A DNA stretch of 64,000 nucleotides from Escherichia phage ECML-359. The notes below the pieces were generated by a model. The model saw nothing but the letters and a program-made list of their open reading frames with translations, was not told where the DNA came from and searched no databases. Both the position numbers and the translations under genes were made by a program. This document shows, piece by piece, positions 9,764 through 20,275 of this stretch (the first letter of the stretch is position 1; each line of letters starts with the position of its first letter). Where the stretch lies: sequence record OL631482.1. One strand, written 5' to 3'.

Positions 9764-10516
9764 ATGGCCAATATCGTAAGATGTGAAATGCCAGACGGAG
9801 TTCATCGTTTCAAACCGTTTACAGTCGCTGATTACCGTGATTTACTGCTTGTGCGAAACGACATGAACAACAAACCCGTCGAAGAACAAAAACAATTATT
9901 AGACGAACTGTTGGAAGATTATTTTGGAGAGTATCCAAAAGCATGGAGGCCTTACATATTCCTGAAGGTATTCACTTCCTCTATCGGTAAGACAAAAGTC
10001 CCGGTAGCGTTTGAATGTCAAAAATGTAAAAAGACAAAGCAGACTTTGTTTAATATGAGTCAAGGTCCATTGACAAATCCAACAATGGAAACCGCGGGGA
10101 TAAAAATACAATTTAAGTTCCCTGAAGTAGAATATAAAGATAAGTCGGAGCTTGTTCTAAACACCATCCAGACTGTCGAAGACTCAGAACAAAAATACAA
10201 TTGGGAAGACCTTCCTGAAGAAACGAAGATGCAGGTTATTGATGCAATTGATATAGAGAGTCTCGAAGAGCTCCTTAAGAAAATGCATTCAGTTTATATT
10301 CCATTTACATATGGTTGCTGCGAAAAACACAAAACCGAATATACAGACTTGATTGATGTCTTTAAGCTTATCCTTAACCCGGATGAAGTCTTTGTATTTT
10401 ATCAAATTAACCACTTACTGGTAAAGAATCAATATACACTGGATAGCATCATGCACATGATTCCTATCGAACGAGGTATTGCTTTATCGTTAGTTGAGAA
10501 GGACTTGAAGAAATGA
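9764..10516 (+). CDS. 51: baseplate hub assembly catalyst gp51
   Basis: 250 aa in the T4 gene 51 position, with a late promoter upstream. Confidence 0.75.
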   Translation: MANIVRCEMPDGVHRFKPFTVADYRDLLLVRNDMNNKPVEEQKQLLDELLEDYFGEYPKAWRPYIFLKVFTSSIGKTKVPVAFECQKCKKTKQTLFNMSQGPLTNPTMETAGIKIQFKFPEVEYKDKSELVLNTIQTVEDSEQKYNWEDLPEETKMQVIDAIDIESLEELLKKMHSVYIPFTYGCCEKHKTEYTDLIDVFKLILNPDEVFVFYQINHLLVKNQYTLDSIMHMIPIERGIALSLVEKDLKK

Positions 10517-11682
10517 CAGCTAAATCTATGCAGCGTGAAGGCTTTCCTAATATCAGTATACGCCTTTACGAAGATTATGATGCCTGGCTCGAACACCGTT
10601 TTGTAGAACTGGCTGCGACATTTACAACCATGACCATGCGTGATTCCCTTTACGGAAGAAACGAAGGTCTGTTGCAATTCTACGACACAAAGAACTTACA
10701 TACAAAAATGAACGGTGAACAAATTATACAAGTCTCCGTTAAGAATGCCAACTCAGACCGAACCCAATCCAGAATATATGGAAGCAAACACTTTGCAGTT
10801 TCTGTGGATTCAAAAGGCGATAATATAATTACAATTCAGCTGGCTCCTATTCACGAAATTGAAGACCTGAAATTTAGTCGTATGTTTTACCCGAGTGTAC
10901 AGGAAACATTAGTCGAAATGACCGGGGTAATTTATCAGGATAGACCGTTGCTTTCTCCACCAATAAACGGCATAAACGTTTATGCTCCTAACGTTCCATG
11001 GTGTGATTCGATGAACCGATATATGGAATTCATAAGGGAAGTTGGTCTGGCAGTAGAAACTGATAAATTTGTTTTTGTATGGGAAGATATTGATGGAATA
11101 AGTATCCAGGATTATGAATGGTTAACATCACAAGAGCCAATTAATTTCGTGGTGGGTGAACCTCGATTGGTTGGCCAGTTTGTACAAAACCTCGAGACTC
11201 CATTGGCCTTCGATTTTGAATGGTTAACAAAGGCGAACCAACACACAAGAAAACCATACGAAAACGCAACCGTGTATGCACATTCATTCCTTGACAAGAA
11301 CGCAACCAGAATAACTTTTGGGGAAGGACAAAACAGCATTCTGGTATCTCGTTCAGGCGGCTATTCGGATTATACATACCGAAACGGTTTCGAAGAAGCG
11401 CAACGATTAATAACCATGTCTCAATATGATGGTTACGCGCATTGCAAAACATACGGGAACTTTGAATTAACCCCGGGTGATAAGATAAATTTCTATGACC
11501 CGAAGAACCAATTCAAATATGATTTTTACGTAGACGAAGTTATTCATGAAGTGAGTAACAATACATCAATTACAAACCTCTATATGTTTACCAATGGTAA
11601 GCCTATTGAAGTTGAAGAGCCACCAAAGGTTAAAAATGAACTTAAAACTGATTCTGCCGACGAAGAAAATACAGCTGGGTGA
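10513..11682 (+). CDS. 27: baseplate hub subunit gp27
   Basis: 389 aa (T4 gp27 is 391 aa); ATGA overlap with gene 51. Confidence 0.85.
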   Translation: MTAKSMQREGFPNISIRLYEDYDAWLEHRFVELAATFTTMTMRDSLYGRNEGLLQFYDTKNLHTKMNGEQIIQVSVKNANSDRTQSRIYGSKHFAVSVDSKGDNIITIQLAPIHEIEDLKFSRMFYPSVQETLVEMTGVIYQDRPLLSPPINGINVYAPNVPWCDSMNRYMEFIREVGLAVETDKFVFVWEDIDGISIQDYEWLTSQEPINFVVGEPRLVGQFVQNLETPLAFDFEWLTKANQHTRKPYENATVYAHSFLDKNATRITFGEGQNSILVSRSGGYSDYTYRNGFEEAQRLITMSQYDGYAHCKTYGNFELTPGDKINFYDPKNQFKYDFYVDEVIHEVSNNTSITNLYMFTNGKPIEVEEPPKVKNELKTDSADEENTAG

Positions 11683-12154
11683 TAAAGAGATTCACATTCC
11701 TAAGCTGGGTCTTAAACATCACAATCTGATTAAAAACGAACCTAACCCATACGCTGCCTTAAAAAAGATTATGCAATCGATATTCCCTAATCTTACAGCA
11801 GCTGAATCCGACTTTGTATCTTTACATCTTCTGGAATTTAATGGTAAGCTAAAAGACAAACGCGAGATTGATGGGTTTACATATAAGCTGGATGATGTTT
11901 ATATCTGTCAGCGCCTTGAATTCTCTTATCAAGGAAAAACATTTAAATTCCGCTCTAATAAACCGTATGAAGAATTCGGACCAGTAGACAATCTCCTGGA
12001 GACCCTTTATCTCGGGGAAGACGTTCCAGACTTTCTGGATATGCCTGCTTTTGTTGCTAAGTGGGCAGACGATATCACAAGCACATTAGCAATCCCGGGA
12101 CCGAATGGTCCTGTTAAGGGGTTACTGAAAATAATGGAACTCCTAAATGAATAA
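11636..12154 (+). CDS. 28: baseplate hub distal subunit gp28
   Basis: First ATG of the ORF (MNLKLILP...), 172 aa; overlaps the gp27 3' end. Confidence 0.65.
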   Translation: MNLKLILPTKKIQLGDKEIHIPKLGLKHHNLIKNEPNPYAALKKIMQSIFPNLTAAESDFVSLHLLEFNGKLKDKREIDGFTYKLDDVYICQRLEFSYQGKTFKFRSNKPYEEFGPVDNLLETLYLGEDVPDFLDMPAFVAKWADDITSTLAIPGPNGPVKGLLKIMELLNE

Positions 12155-13892
12155 GAACTCCGAACAAACAAGCTTCAGACGCGGTGGACCGAATAAAAAG
12201 CTTATTGAAGAATTAGCACCACAAAGGAGGGCGGAAGCCCTCTCTGCCGAACAGAATGACGAACTATCGAATCTGAATACAACTCTTACAAATACACAAG
12301 CTGCAACCGAACTTGTGTCGGAAGCTATTGAGGATAAGGGTAATCAGATTATCGAGAATATCCAAACCAATAATGGAGTCCTCCAGGATATCAGTGCTGG
12401 GGTCGAACTGACGGCCGAAGCCACCGAGAAGACTCAACAAGGGATTAAAAACCTCACGGATATTCTCTCGGATAAACTCGACAAACTCAGTGCAATGATA
12501 AGTGGTAAACTAGGTGTCACGTCTCCTGTAGCTGGTTCTGAAAGCCTTAAACCTGTGGAGGATGCATTACCAGAGCCTGAAGAGAATAAGCCCACGGCGA
12601 GCGTTCCAGAGCTCATACCGCCAGAAGAACAAAAGCCAGACGCAGACTTCATTCCAGAACCAGAACAACCAAAAAACGATGCAGAAGGCAAAGAGACTAA
12701 TACCTGGTCACTTAGCGATAAGCTTGACACCCTTTCAAAGATAACCGAAAAAGGATTTAAGGCATCGATTTCTGTTGCTGACCGAATCTCTGGGATGTTG
12801 TTCAAATACACAATTACGGCCGCTGCCGAAGCAGCCAAGCTTATTGGTGGATTATTGCTGTTGGTATTTGGTATCGATGCGATACGAGTTTATTTTCAAT
12901 ATTTCATGAAACAATTCGAAAAAGGATGGGCCGAATTTAATGACAAGTTCAAAGAATGGGGGCCATTACTCGAAGGACTAATGACTTGGGCTAAGAATGC
13001 TGAAGCGATGTTTAGTGAAAGGAACTGGTTGGGATTAGCTGAAGCTATTATCCGTGGGATGGTTAACTTAACGAAGAACATGGCTCAACTTCTTATGCTT
13101 GGGATTTCGAAACTGATTTCAGCTATCTTAAGCAAAATCCCTGGGATGGGTGATTTAGCAGATAATGTGGAAGCCTCGGCTTTGATGTCTTATCAGCAAA
13201 ATACAGGGGCAACTCTGGATGATGAAGACCAAACCAAGATAGCAAAATATCATGACAAACGTTCGGCTGAAGCAATGAAAGCTGCAGAGAAGATGAATAA
13301 GAAGTATAAGGATAAGCCTGAACTAATTAATCAAGCCGAAAAATATGGTAACCTTACCAAGGAACAAGCTGACCAGCTTCGCGCGGGTGGTATTGACACA
13401 AGCTTCAGAGACCTTCCAGAAGAAGAACGTCTGGACTATTTCAAGAAGCGTGACAAAGCACAGGCTGATATTATTCGTTTGACCCAAACTGCTGACAACC
13501 TAATGAAGCCAGATGCGACCGATAAAAAGAATGCGCTGGAAATGAGAGCTAACATTGAAAAACAATTAGCTGACCCTGCTATGGCAAAAGGTGGAGCTCC
13601 GAAAGACTTGAATATGCGTGCTCTCCTGGAAAAACTTGATAAGTCTCTTGAGAAGTTCAAAGATGAACCAAAGGTTAAACCGCCAGACATTAAGACTTCT
13701 CCGGATGCGCAACAAGCCGCGAAGGTTGATGAAGGCATGAAGGCCAAAGAAAATAAATACAAGGATGTACCAGCTCAGGCCCAAATTAACACGGTCAATA
13801 ATATTCAGAAGACTTCCAGGACGCACTACAATATGCCTCCCCAAAGTTCAACCCCTGCCCCTGGCATGAGACAGGCTACGAGAATTAACTAA
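12147..13892 (+). CDS. 29: baseplate hub / tail-length determinator gp29
   Basis: 581 aa in the T4 gene 29 position; ATG overlaps the gp28 stop. Confidence 0.8.
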   Translation: MNKNSEQTSFRRGGPNKKLIEELAPQRRAEALSAEQNDELSNLNTTLTNTQAATELVSEAIEDKGNQIIENIQTNNGVLQDISAGVELTAEATEKTQQGIKNLTDILSDKLDKLSAMISGKLGVTSPVAGSESLKPVEDALPEPEENKPTASVPELIPPEEQKPDADFIPEPEQPKNDAEGKETNTWSLSDKLDTLSKITEKGFKASISVADRISGMLFKYTITAAAEAAKLIGGLLLLVFGIDAIRVYFQYFMKQFEKGWAEFNDKFKEWGPLLEGLMTWAKNAEAMFSERNWLGLAEAIIRGMVNLTKNMAQLLMLGISKLISAILSKIPGMGDLADNVEASALMSYQQNTGATLDDEDQTKIAKYHDKRSAEAMKAAEKMNKKYKDKPELINQAEKYGNLTKEQADQLRAGGIDTSFRDLPEEERLDYFKKRDKAQADIIRLTQTADNLMKPDATDKKNALEMRANIEKQLADPAMAKGGAPKDLNMRALLEKLDKSLEKFKDEPKVKPPDIKTSPDAQQAAKVDEGMKAKENKYKDVPAQAQINTVNNIQKTSRTHYNMPPQSSTPAPGMRQATRIN

Positions 13893-13900
13893 GGAATAAT

Positions 13901-14995
13901 ATGAAAGTAAAAGAACTCGATATTGATATTGCGGGTTTGTTTAACGGAGGTTCTAAGACCTCCGCGGGGCAGTCAAAAGCTGCCCCGACTCAAGCTACTA
14001 TTGTGGCGCAATATCCAGCAGAACGAGCTTCCGGTAATGATTCTTCAGATGATATGCGAGTTAATGACCTTTATAAAAATGGTCTGTTATTCACGGCATA
14101 CAATTTCAGTTCAAGAACATCTCCGGAATTACGCTCAGATAGGTCAAGCCAATTGACTTCATTAAAGAACGTTTCAAATGGTGCTTCATTTAACCCGGTT
14201 AAAAGTTTAACATCTTTTGCTAAATCGAAATTAACCGGGGCTGGCTCAACAGGTAAAAGTTTTGATTCAAATGCTGTTGCAAATATCCTGTTGCCTCGTT
14301 CGAAGTCTGATGTAGAATCCGTGTCGCATCGATTCAATGATGTTGGTGAATCTCTTATTACGAAAGGGGGTGGCTCAGCCACCGGTATTCTTAGTAACAT
14401 CGCATCGACTGCAGTTTTCGGCGCACTCGAATCAGTTACAAACGGTGTAATGGCCGACCACGGTGAACAGATTTACACAACCGCACGAAGCATGTATGCT
14501 GGCCCGGACAACAGGACAAAAGTTTATACCTGGGAAATGACTCCACGTTCGGCCCAGGACTTAATCCAGATAGTGAAGATATACGAGATTTTTAACTATT
14601 ACTCCTATGGGGAAACAGGTAAAAGTTCGTTTGCTTCCGAGTTGAAAGATAAAATCGACACATGGTATAAATCCACCTTCAAAAAAGAAGCAATCGATAA
14701 CTTTGATGGTAAGTTACTCGGTGAAGAGATAACAAGCTTCCTAACGAACGTTCTGGTGGTCTCTAACCCTACTATCTGGTATATCCGCAACTTCGGTGAT
14801 ACAAGCTCGTATGATGGTCGTGGGGAGCTATTTGGGCCATGCCAGATTCAGAGCATAAGATTTGATAAATCTCCGGATGGTCATTTCGGTGGATTAGCTA
14901 TTGCTCCTAACCTGCCATCGACTTTTGTACTTGAAATCACTTTCCGTGAAATCATTACGCTTAACCGTGGCTCGTTATATGCGGAGGGTTTCTAA
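13901..14995 (+). CDS. 48: baseplate tail-tube junction protein gp48
   Basis: 364 aa, same length as T4 gp48; AAGGA Shine-Dalgarno. Confidence 0.85.
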   Translation: MKVKELDIDIAGLFNGGSKTSAGQSKAAPTQATIVAQYPAERASGNDSSDDMRVNDLYKNGLLFTAYNFSSRTSPELRSDRSSQLTSLKNVSNGASFNPVKSLTSFAKSKLTGAGSTGKSFDSNAVANILLPRSKSDVESVSHRFNDVGESLITKGGGSATGILSNIASTAVFGALESVTNGVMADHGEQIYTTARSMYAGPDNRTKVYTWEMTPRSAQDLIQIVKIYEIFNYYSYGETGKSSFASELKDKIDTWYKSTFKKEAIDNFDGKLLGEEITSFLTNVLVVSNPTIWYIRNFGDTSSYDGRGELFGPCQIQSIRFDKSPDGHFGGLAIAPNLPSTFVLEITFREIITLNRGSLYAEGF

Positions 14996-15954
14996 TGTTT
15001 ACTTTACAAGAATTCCAAACGCAGGCGATTAATATCGACTTACAAAGGAATAACCTTTTTAGTGTGGTCTTCGCGACCACACCTTCCTCCAAATCTCAGA
15101 ATCTTCTGGACCAGTTTGGTGGCGCATTATTCAGCAACCTTCCTGTTAACTCAGATTGGTTTGGTTTAACGCAAGGCGACTTAACTCAAGGGATAACAAC
15201 TCTTGTTACTGCTGGGACACAAAAGCTTATTCGCAAATCAGGGATAAGCAAATATCTTATCGGGGCAATGAGTAACCGTGTTGTGCAATCATTATTGGGG
15301 GAATTCGAGGTTGGTACTTACCTGCTTGATTTCTTTAATATGGCCTATCCAACGGCTGGTCTATTGGTCCACTCTGTTAAGCTTCCGGATAACACGTTGA
15401 ACTACGAAATGGACCTCAACCATAACGCACCAAATATCAAGATAACAGGAAGAGAATATTCTCCATTGGTATTGAGCTTTAGAATGGATTCAGAGGCAGG
15501 GAACTACAGAGCATTTAACGATTGGGTTAACTCTGTGCAAGACCCAGTTACCCAGCTAAGGGCCTTGCCTGAAGACGTTGAAGCTGATATTCAGGTTAAC
15601 CTTCACTCACGTAATGGATTGCCGCATACGGTTGTTATGCTAACTGGTTGTGTTCCTGTAAGTGTATCAGCGCCTGAATTGAGTTATGAAGGGGATAATC
15701 AGATAGCTACATTTGATGTGACTTTTGCTTATCGCGTTATGTCAACTGGTGCGGTGGGAAGAGCTGCTGCATTGGAATGGTTAGAAGATAAGGTTATTAA
15801 GGGTGTATCTGGTATTAGTTCAGATAATAACTTGAACGCCGAAGTTGCCAAATTGAGTCGCTTGTCTGGTGCTCAATCTGGATTAACAAGTCTATACAAT
15901 ACGTTCACTGGTTCTGGGAGAACAATCTCCGGTGGAAGTCAACGTATATTATAA
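14995..15954 (+). CDS. 54: baseplate tail-tube initiator gp54
   Basis: 319 aa (T4 gp54 is 320 aa); TAATG coupling with gene 48. Confidence 0.85.
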   Translation: MFTLQEFQTQAINIDLQRNNLFSVVFATTPSSKSQNLLDQFGGALFSNLPVNSDWFGLTQGDLTQGITTLVTAGTQKLIRKSGISKYLIGAMSNRVVQSLLGEFEVGTYLLDFFNMAYPTAGLLVHSVKLPDNTLNYEMDLNHNAPNIKITGREYSPLVLSFRMDSEAGNYRAFNDWVNSVQDPVTQLRALPEDVEADIQVNLHSRNGLPHTVVMLTGCVPVSVSAPELSYEGDNQIATFDVTFAYRVMSTGAVGRAAALEWLEDKVIKGVSGISSDNNLNAEVAKLSRLSGAQSGLTSLYNTFTGSGRTISGGSQRIL

Positions 15955-15961
15955 AAAGAAA

Positions 15962-15985
15962 GGGACCCGAAGGTCCCTTTTTATT
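15962..15985. terminator. bidirectional rho-independent terminator after gene 54
   Basis: GGGACC-cgaa-GGTCCC hairpin with a T-run on the plus strand and T-rich flank on the minus strand. Confidence 0.65.
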
Positions 15986-16271
15986 TGCGGAATGAAATGA
16001 AACCTGCTGCAGTCATTACAGCTTCTTTCTTAGCAAAGACTGTAATTGCAATTGGTGCTTCAGATTCAAGTTGTCCAGTTACTACACCATTAAAAATATT
16101 TTCTGTTTGTTCAGAATTTACAAAGTTTTCAACAGGGCGAAGGTCAAACTTCTTATCTTCACCAAATACACGGCGCAATTCATTACCCACCGCGCTGTCA
16201 AACTCTTCTGAAGCCGGGATAACATTCTCAACTACCAGTTCCTGACCGTTAAAGCGAAAAGATGATTTCAT
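15981..16271 (-). CDS. hypothetical protein (T4 alt.-1 position)
   Basis: Start placed at Met12, which is preceded by the RBS motif ACACATGAGGAAAACAAA also found before the ORF at 26801. Confidence 0.5.
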   Translation of the reverse strand: MKSSFRFNGQELVVENVIPASEEFDSAVGNELRRVFGEDKKFDLRPVENFVNSEQTENIFNGVVTGQLESEAPIAITVFAKKEAVMTAAGFISFRK

Positions 16272-16334
16272 TTTGTTTTCCTCATGTGTAATTGATATGA
16301 ACATTGTATCGCACTTCCTTGTGCTTGTAAACCC

Positions 16335-18395
16335 CTATGAAAGGAATTTAGGAGGAATAGCTTCCAAATTAATACAACTAGCAAGAATACCAAGCCCTTG
16401 ATTGACTTTCTTCGTTACCCCAGAGGATGCAAACGATGCAAAGTCAACAGATTCTACTGGCTCTTCTGTTTCCTCGCCCTGATAAACGACAAGCTCACCA
16501 GTTTCTATCAACACATCACCATCATAGATAACTGCATTTTCATCCAGTTGGTCCGTGGTCTGGATATCAGCTTCCAGCATTTTGACGTTCGCGTTTCCTT
16601 GATACGAAGCATCAGTAATTTTGGTAATCTTAACTACAGTCCCACGAGGAAGAATAACTTCCTGCTCGGATGGGTTGCTTGACAATTCCCCAGGAACAAT
16701 TACGTTAATTAAGTCCGCCCCAGAAATTTTCCAACCAACATGCATCATTACGTGGTCGCGGCGTGCTTCCGGCATATCTGGTAAAACAATTTCGTCATCA
16801 GCCTGGAAAGATGTCCCATCACGATAGTCCTGATGAACTGCAGCCATAGCAACGTTCGCCACCCAGCCACCAAAGATAATCGGTTTAAACGACGTTGATA
16901 CATAGTTCCTGAAATAAAATAATTTAGATTTCTTAATTTTATCAAATGTAGGAACGTTTAAATATTGACCACGCCAAAGAGTTGTATTAGGCGGCAACTT
17001 ATGTCCAATTTCAAAGGCCGAATCCAATTCCTTAATTGTTTCGACAACTCTGTCTAGATTTAGGAATTCAGCTTCTTCTTCATAATATTTGCCCATCAAA
17101 TAATTATTAATATCGGCATAGTTTGCTCCACAATAATCTGCAATTGCTTCTCGCTGACCATAATGGAAACGGTTGTCAGTATACCCTGCTGTGAAATTAA
17201 GAGTATTTTCTGATGCTTCTTCAGCAAAGTCTTTAACTGCAACACGAATGGCGCTTGTGTATTCTTTTTCCCAGAGCGAGGCTGCATAAGTGGCTGCATC
17301 CACATTAGGAGGAGCATCATTCATTTTTCTTTCGATAAATGCGGCTTTGCGAAGGTTAAGAATCTCTGCGCATGATTCGGCAAAAATCTGCATCTGCTTC
17401 ATACTACCAACTGGAGCACGTTTAAGTTCGCGATGCATACGGTTAAAAATTGGGTCAGAGTCTTCAACACGAATTTCTTCTTTCCAAACACCATTTGCTC
17501 GCATAGCCGTATCTGCTGCGCGCATACGAGCCATAGTATTCGTTTCGGAAGGTCGAACAAAAATTTCCAGTTCTTCATAATCATCGATAAGTTCTGCCGT
17601 AGCCGGTCGACTAAACTTAGCAGCTTCTGCATCAATTTCGTCCCAACCTTCTGGCACGGAATCCATTGGGGCGTACTGGGCTTGTGCAATAGCTCGGCGA
17701 CTGATTTTAGTTTTCTGGGCAACAGCAGCATCGGTCTTTTTGTTTGCTGCGTCAATCAGAATCTCGGCTGCAATTTCTTGTTTGGATACTTGTGCACCAT
17801 TATCTTTATTGGTGAATACATCACCAACTTTAGTTTCGACTTTTTTATATTTCTCAGGGACTGGTGGCATACCATCGACTGAAAGCAGGTCAACACCCCT
17901 TTTGTACATAATTACATAAGCGTTCTTTTTACCAAGGCCAGAAGCATTCGGAAGAACATGATAACGTCCGCTGGTTTTCATTTGAATCAGTCGATTCATA
18001 ATACGAATAATAGCTTGGTCTTGTCCTTTCATCTTTTTGGATGGGAAACGGAACAAGACTACATCAGGTTTGCCTAGTTTAATGCTTTCCCAGACTGTAG
18101 TAAAAATCAAGTTAATTGCATCAAGAGGTTTTTCACCTAAACCACCCTTCAGAGGAACAGCATGGCCATGTGAAGTCCCGGATAACAGAAATACCTCGGC
18201 AATTGCATCACCGCGTTTATATTGTTTAACTGTTTCTTTGCCCGTGAATTGCATCAAACGGGCCATAAGAGAATTGGTCCCAGGAACACCGAATTGCCAA
18301 ACCTGTGGGACCTTGTATTTTGGATTCATATTAATGACAGGATAACCGAAGGTTTCGATATATTTGTCAAAGAGTTCATTTAATTGTTCAGACAT
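16335..18395 (-). CDS. alt: Alt ADP-ribosyltransferase (virion-packaged)
   Basis: 686 aa (T4 Alt is 682 aa) with T4 synteny and a late promoter upstream. Confidence 0.85.
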   Translation of the reverse strand: MSEQLNELFDKYIETFGYPVINMNPKYKVPQVWQFGVPGTNSLMARLMQFTGKETVKQYKRGDAIAEVFLLSGTSHGHAVPLKGGLGEKPLDAINLIFTTVWESIKLGKPDVVLFRFPSKKMKGQDQAIIRIMNRLIQMKTSGRYHVLPNASGLGKKNAYVIMYKRGVDLLSVDGMPPVPEKYKKVETKVGDVFTNKDNGAQVSKQEIAAEILIDAANKKTDAAVAQKTKISRRAIAQAQYAPMDSVPEGWDEIDAEAAKFSRPATAELIDDYEELEIFVRPSETNTMARMRAADTAMRANGVWKEEIRVEDSDPIFNRMHRELKRAPVGSMKQMQIFAESCAEILNLRKAAFIERKMNDAPPNVDAATYAASLWEKEYTSAIRVAVKDFAEEASENTLNFTAGYTDNRFHYGQREAIADYCGANYADINNYLMGKYYEEEAEFLNLDRVVETIKELDSAFEIGHKLPPNTTLWRGQYLNVPTFDKIKKSKLFYFRNYVSTSFKPIIFGGWVANVAMAAVHQDYRDGTSFQADDEIVLPDMPEARRDHVMMHVGWKISGADLINVIVPGELSSNPSEQEVILPRGTVVKITKITDASYQGNANVKMLEADIQTTDQLDENAVIYDGDVLIETGELVVYQGEETEEPVESVDFASFASSGVTKKVNQGLGILASCINLEAIPPKFLS

Positions 18396-18420
18396 AATAG
18401 GTTCCTTATAAAATATGATG

Positions 18421-18428
18421 TATTTATA
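18421..18428 (-). promoter_or_regulatory. late promoter TATAAATA for alt (minus strand)
   Basis: Minus strand reads agTATAAATAcatcatattttataAGGAACctattATG. Confidence 0.55.
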
Positions 18429-18430
18429 CT

Positions 18431-18453
18431 AAAAAAGGGCCGAAGCCCTTTTG
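18431..18453 (-). terminator. rho-independent terminator downstream of gene 30
   Basis: GGGC-cgaa-GCCC hairpin followed by a T-run, just after the ligase stop. Confidence 0.6.
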
Positions 18454-19986
18454 TTATTTTAATCCAGTCTTTGACCAGTCGCCAAATACATCTTCGAATG
18501 TGTCTGCATGGTCTTTATCAAAACGGAACCCTTTGATAATCGACAGGAACAATGCAACCGTATTATCTTTACGAGTCTCGGAAGTCAACCAACCATTGCA
18601 TTCACAGTCGGCAATCATTCCAACCAATTCACCTTTACGTGCTTTAACCATCAAGGCTTCACGGTCCATTTCATGACGCTCCTCAATCGGAATAGTAACC
18701 CATTTTTTGGTTTTCTTATCTTTGACTTGAGTTGTGTCTTTAAAACCAGAACCACAGTTATTTGTAATCTTACCACAAGAAGAACGAAGCACCACACCGC
18801 CAATCTTATTCGGGTCTTTATCGTGCTCGTAATATCCAATGATTTCCATTGCAATGTCAATTACTTCTTTGAACTTATACAGGTTCTTTGAGCGCTTGTT
18901 TTCCCAAATCGATGCCATGTTCTTAAGGATAATACCTTCAAGGCCTTCATCCACGTATTTCTTATAGATAACTTTCGCTTCATCAAGATTGTTAACAACA
19001 TGGTTTTCAATCAGAATCATGCGGTCAAAACCATGCAGCACCACGTTATCTGCAATCATCTTTTCCAGAACAGCAAAACGCACATCGTATTTCAACGGAT
19101 TGAGAATCTTAACATCAGAATAGACTTCAATCAGCGGAACATAATCCCAAACCTGGAATTTCATACAAGAAGCTTCTGCTGCAGAAATAGTTCCTTTCAA
19201 TGATTTGTTTGCCATACCATTTGAAAAGGTTCTTGATTCAGCAGTTTCTTTTGCAGGAGCAATCTCATCTGAATCGTCAAAAAGGAAGCCCAAACCGTCA
19301 TTCTGGGGAGCTATTTTCTGTTCATGGTATACTAACTCGCCATCAATTAAAACGCCCTCAGGATGTCTCTCGCGCGCTTCACGAGTAGCTTCAATCAATT
19401 CCTTTTTAAGGAGGTCAAGCTTGAGGTACTCATTTCCGGCTCGGGATAACAATCGAACATCATCCAACTCATCGCCGCGAACTTCTGCAAAACACCGAGC
19501 GCCATCGGCTTTCAATTGTGCAAAGGCCGGGAACTTAATGTTCTTAGCAATACCAGCTTCATCATAAGAAGAAGCGAGCATCTGCGGTTGTTCAGGAATT
19601 AAACCTTTCCAAACCTTATTCGCAATTGATACAGATGCACCACATTCCAGGTCACGCATCATCACACGCCGCAAGACTTCAACATCGGCCTTTTTACCAT
19701 CTGCAATATAACCAGATAATTCCTCGATTGCCGCATTACCTGTTAATTTGCGAGAGGCTAATGTGAATTCGATAAAGTCAAGCATATCATCGATATTCAA
19801 CATACCAAAGCTTTGAGTCGTTGCCCCAGGTTTTGGCCATTTCTTTATATAGAACTGGATGCCTTTGGAATATGTCAAACGATACACGCGTTTAAGGGTT
19901 TCATTATCAGAATACGATTCTAAGATAGCTTGTTTCTCTTTAGTAGAATCGGTTGCAGCAATTTCATTTAAAATATCTAAAATCAT
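18454..19986 (-). CDS. 30: ATP-dependent DNA ligase
   Basis: Adenylation motif KADGARC; N- and C-termini match T4 ligase (MIL.ILNEIA..., ...TFEDVFGD). Confidence 0.9.
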   Translation of the reverse strand: MILDILNEIAATDSTKEKQAILESYSDNETLKRVYRLTYSKGIQFYIKKWPKPGATTQSFGMLNIDDMLDFIEFTLASRKLTGNAAIEELSGYIADGKKADVEVLRRVMMRDLECGASVSIANKVWKGLIPEQPQMLASSYDEAGIAKNIKFPAFAQLKADGARCFAEVRGDELDDVRLLSRAGNEYLKLDLLKKELIEATREARERHPEGVLIDGELVYHEQKIAPQNDGLGFLFDDSDEIAPAKETAESRTFSNGMANKSLKGTISAAEASCMKFQVWDYVPLIEVYSDVKILNPLKYDVRFAVLEKMIADNVVLHGFDRMILIENHVVNNLDEAKVIYKKYVDEGLEGIILKNMASIWENKRSKNLYKFKEVIDIAMEIIGYYEHDKDPNKIGGVVLRSSCGKITNNCGSGFKDTTQVKDKKTKKWVTIPIEERHEMDREALMVKARKGELVGMIADCECNGWLTSETRKDNTVALFLSIIKGFRFDKDHADTFEDVFGDWSKTGLK

Positions 19987-19996
19987 TAATCACCTC

Positions 19997-20275
19997 TTAG
20001 TCGTTGACTCTATTATATGCCACGTCTTCCAAAAGCAAATCCAGCCGCTTATGATAAGTGAACACAAATTTAGTTGCCCCGTCTGGTTTCATTTTGGTCA
20101 TGAAGTGAATATAGATAAATCCTTGCTCAACGCATTCACGCCAAACGGGGTTATCTTTAGCCGGATTAATATCAAACGAGTAATTATGATTCACATGACG
20201 AATAAACTGATTAACATGACCGTAATCCATCGTGGTAGTTGGACCATGGTCAGAAATAGTATGAACGACAAACAT
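19997..20275 (-). CDS. hypothetical protein (T4 30.1 position)
   Basis: ATG is the second codon of the ORF-track entry; overlaps the stop of the upstream gene. Confidence 0.55.
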   Translation of the reverse strand: MFVVHTISDHGPTTTMDYGHVNQFIRHVNHNYSFDINPAKDNPVWRECVEQGFIYIHFMTKMKPDGATKFVFTYHKRLDLLLEDVAYNRVND

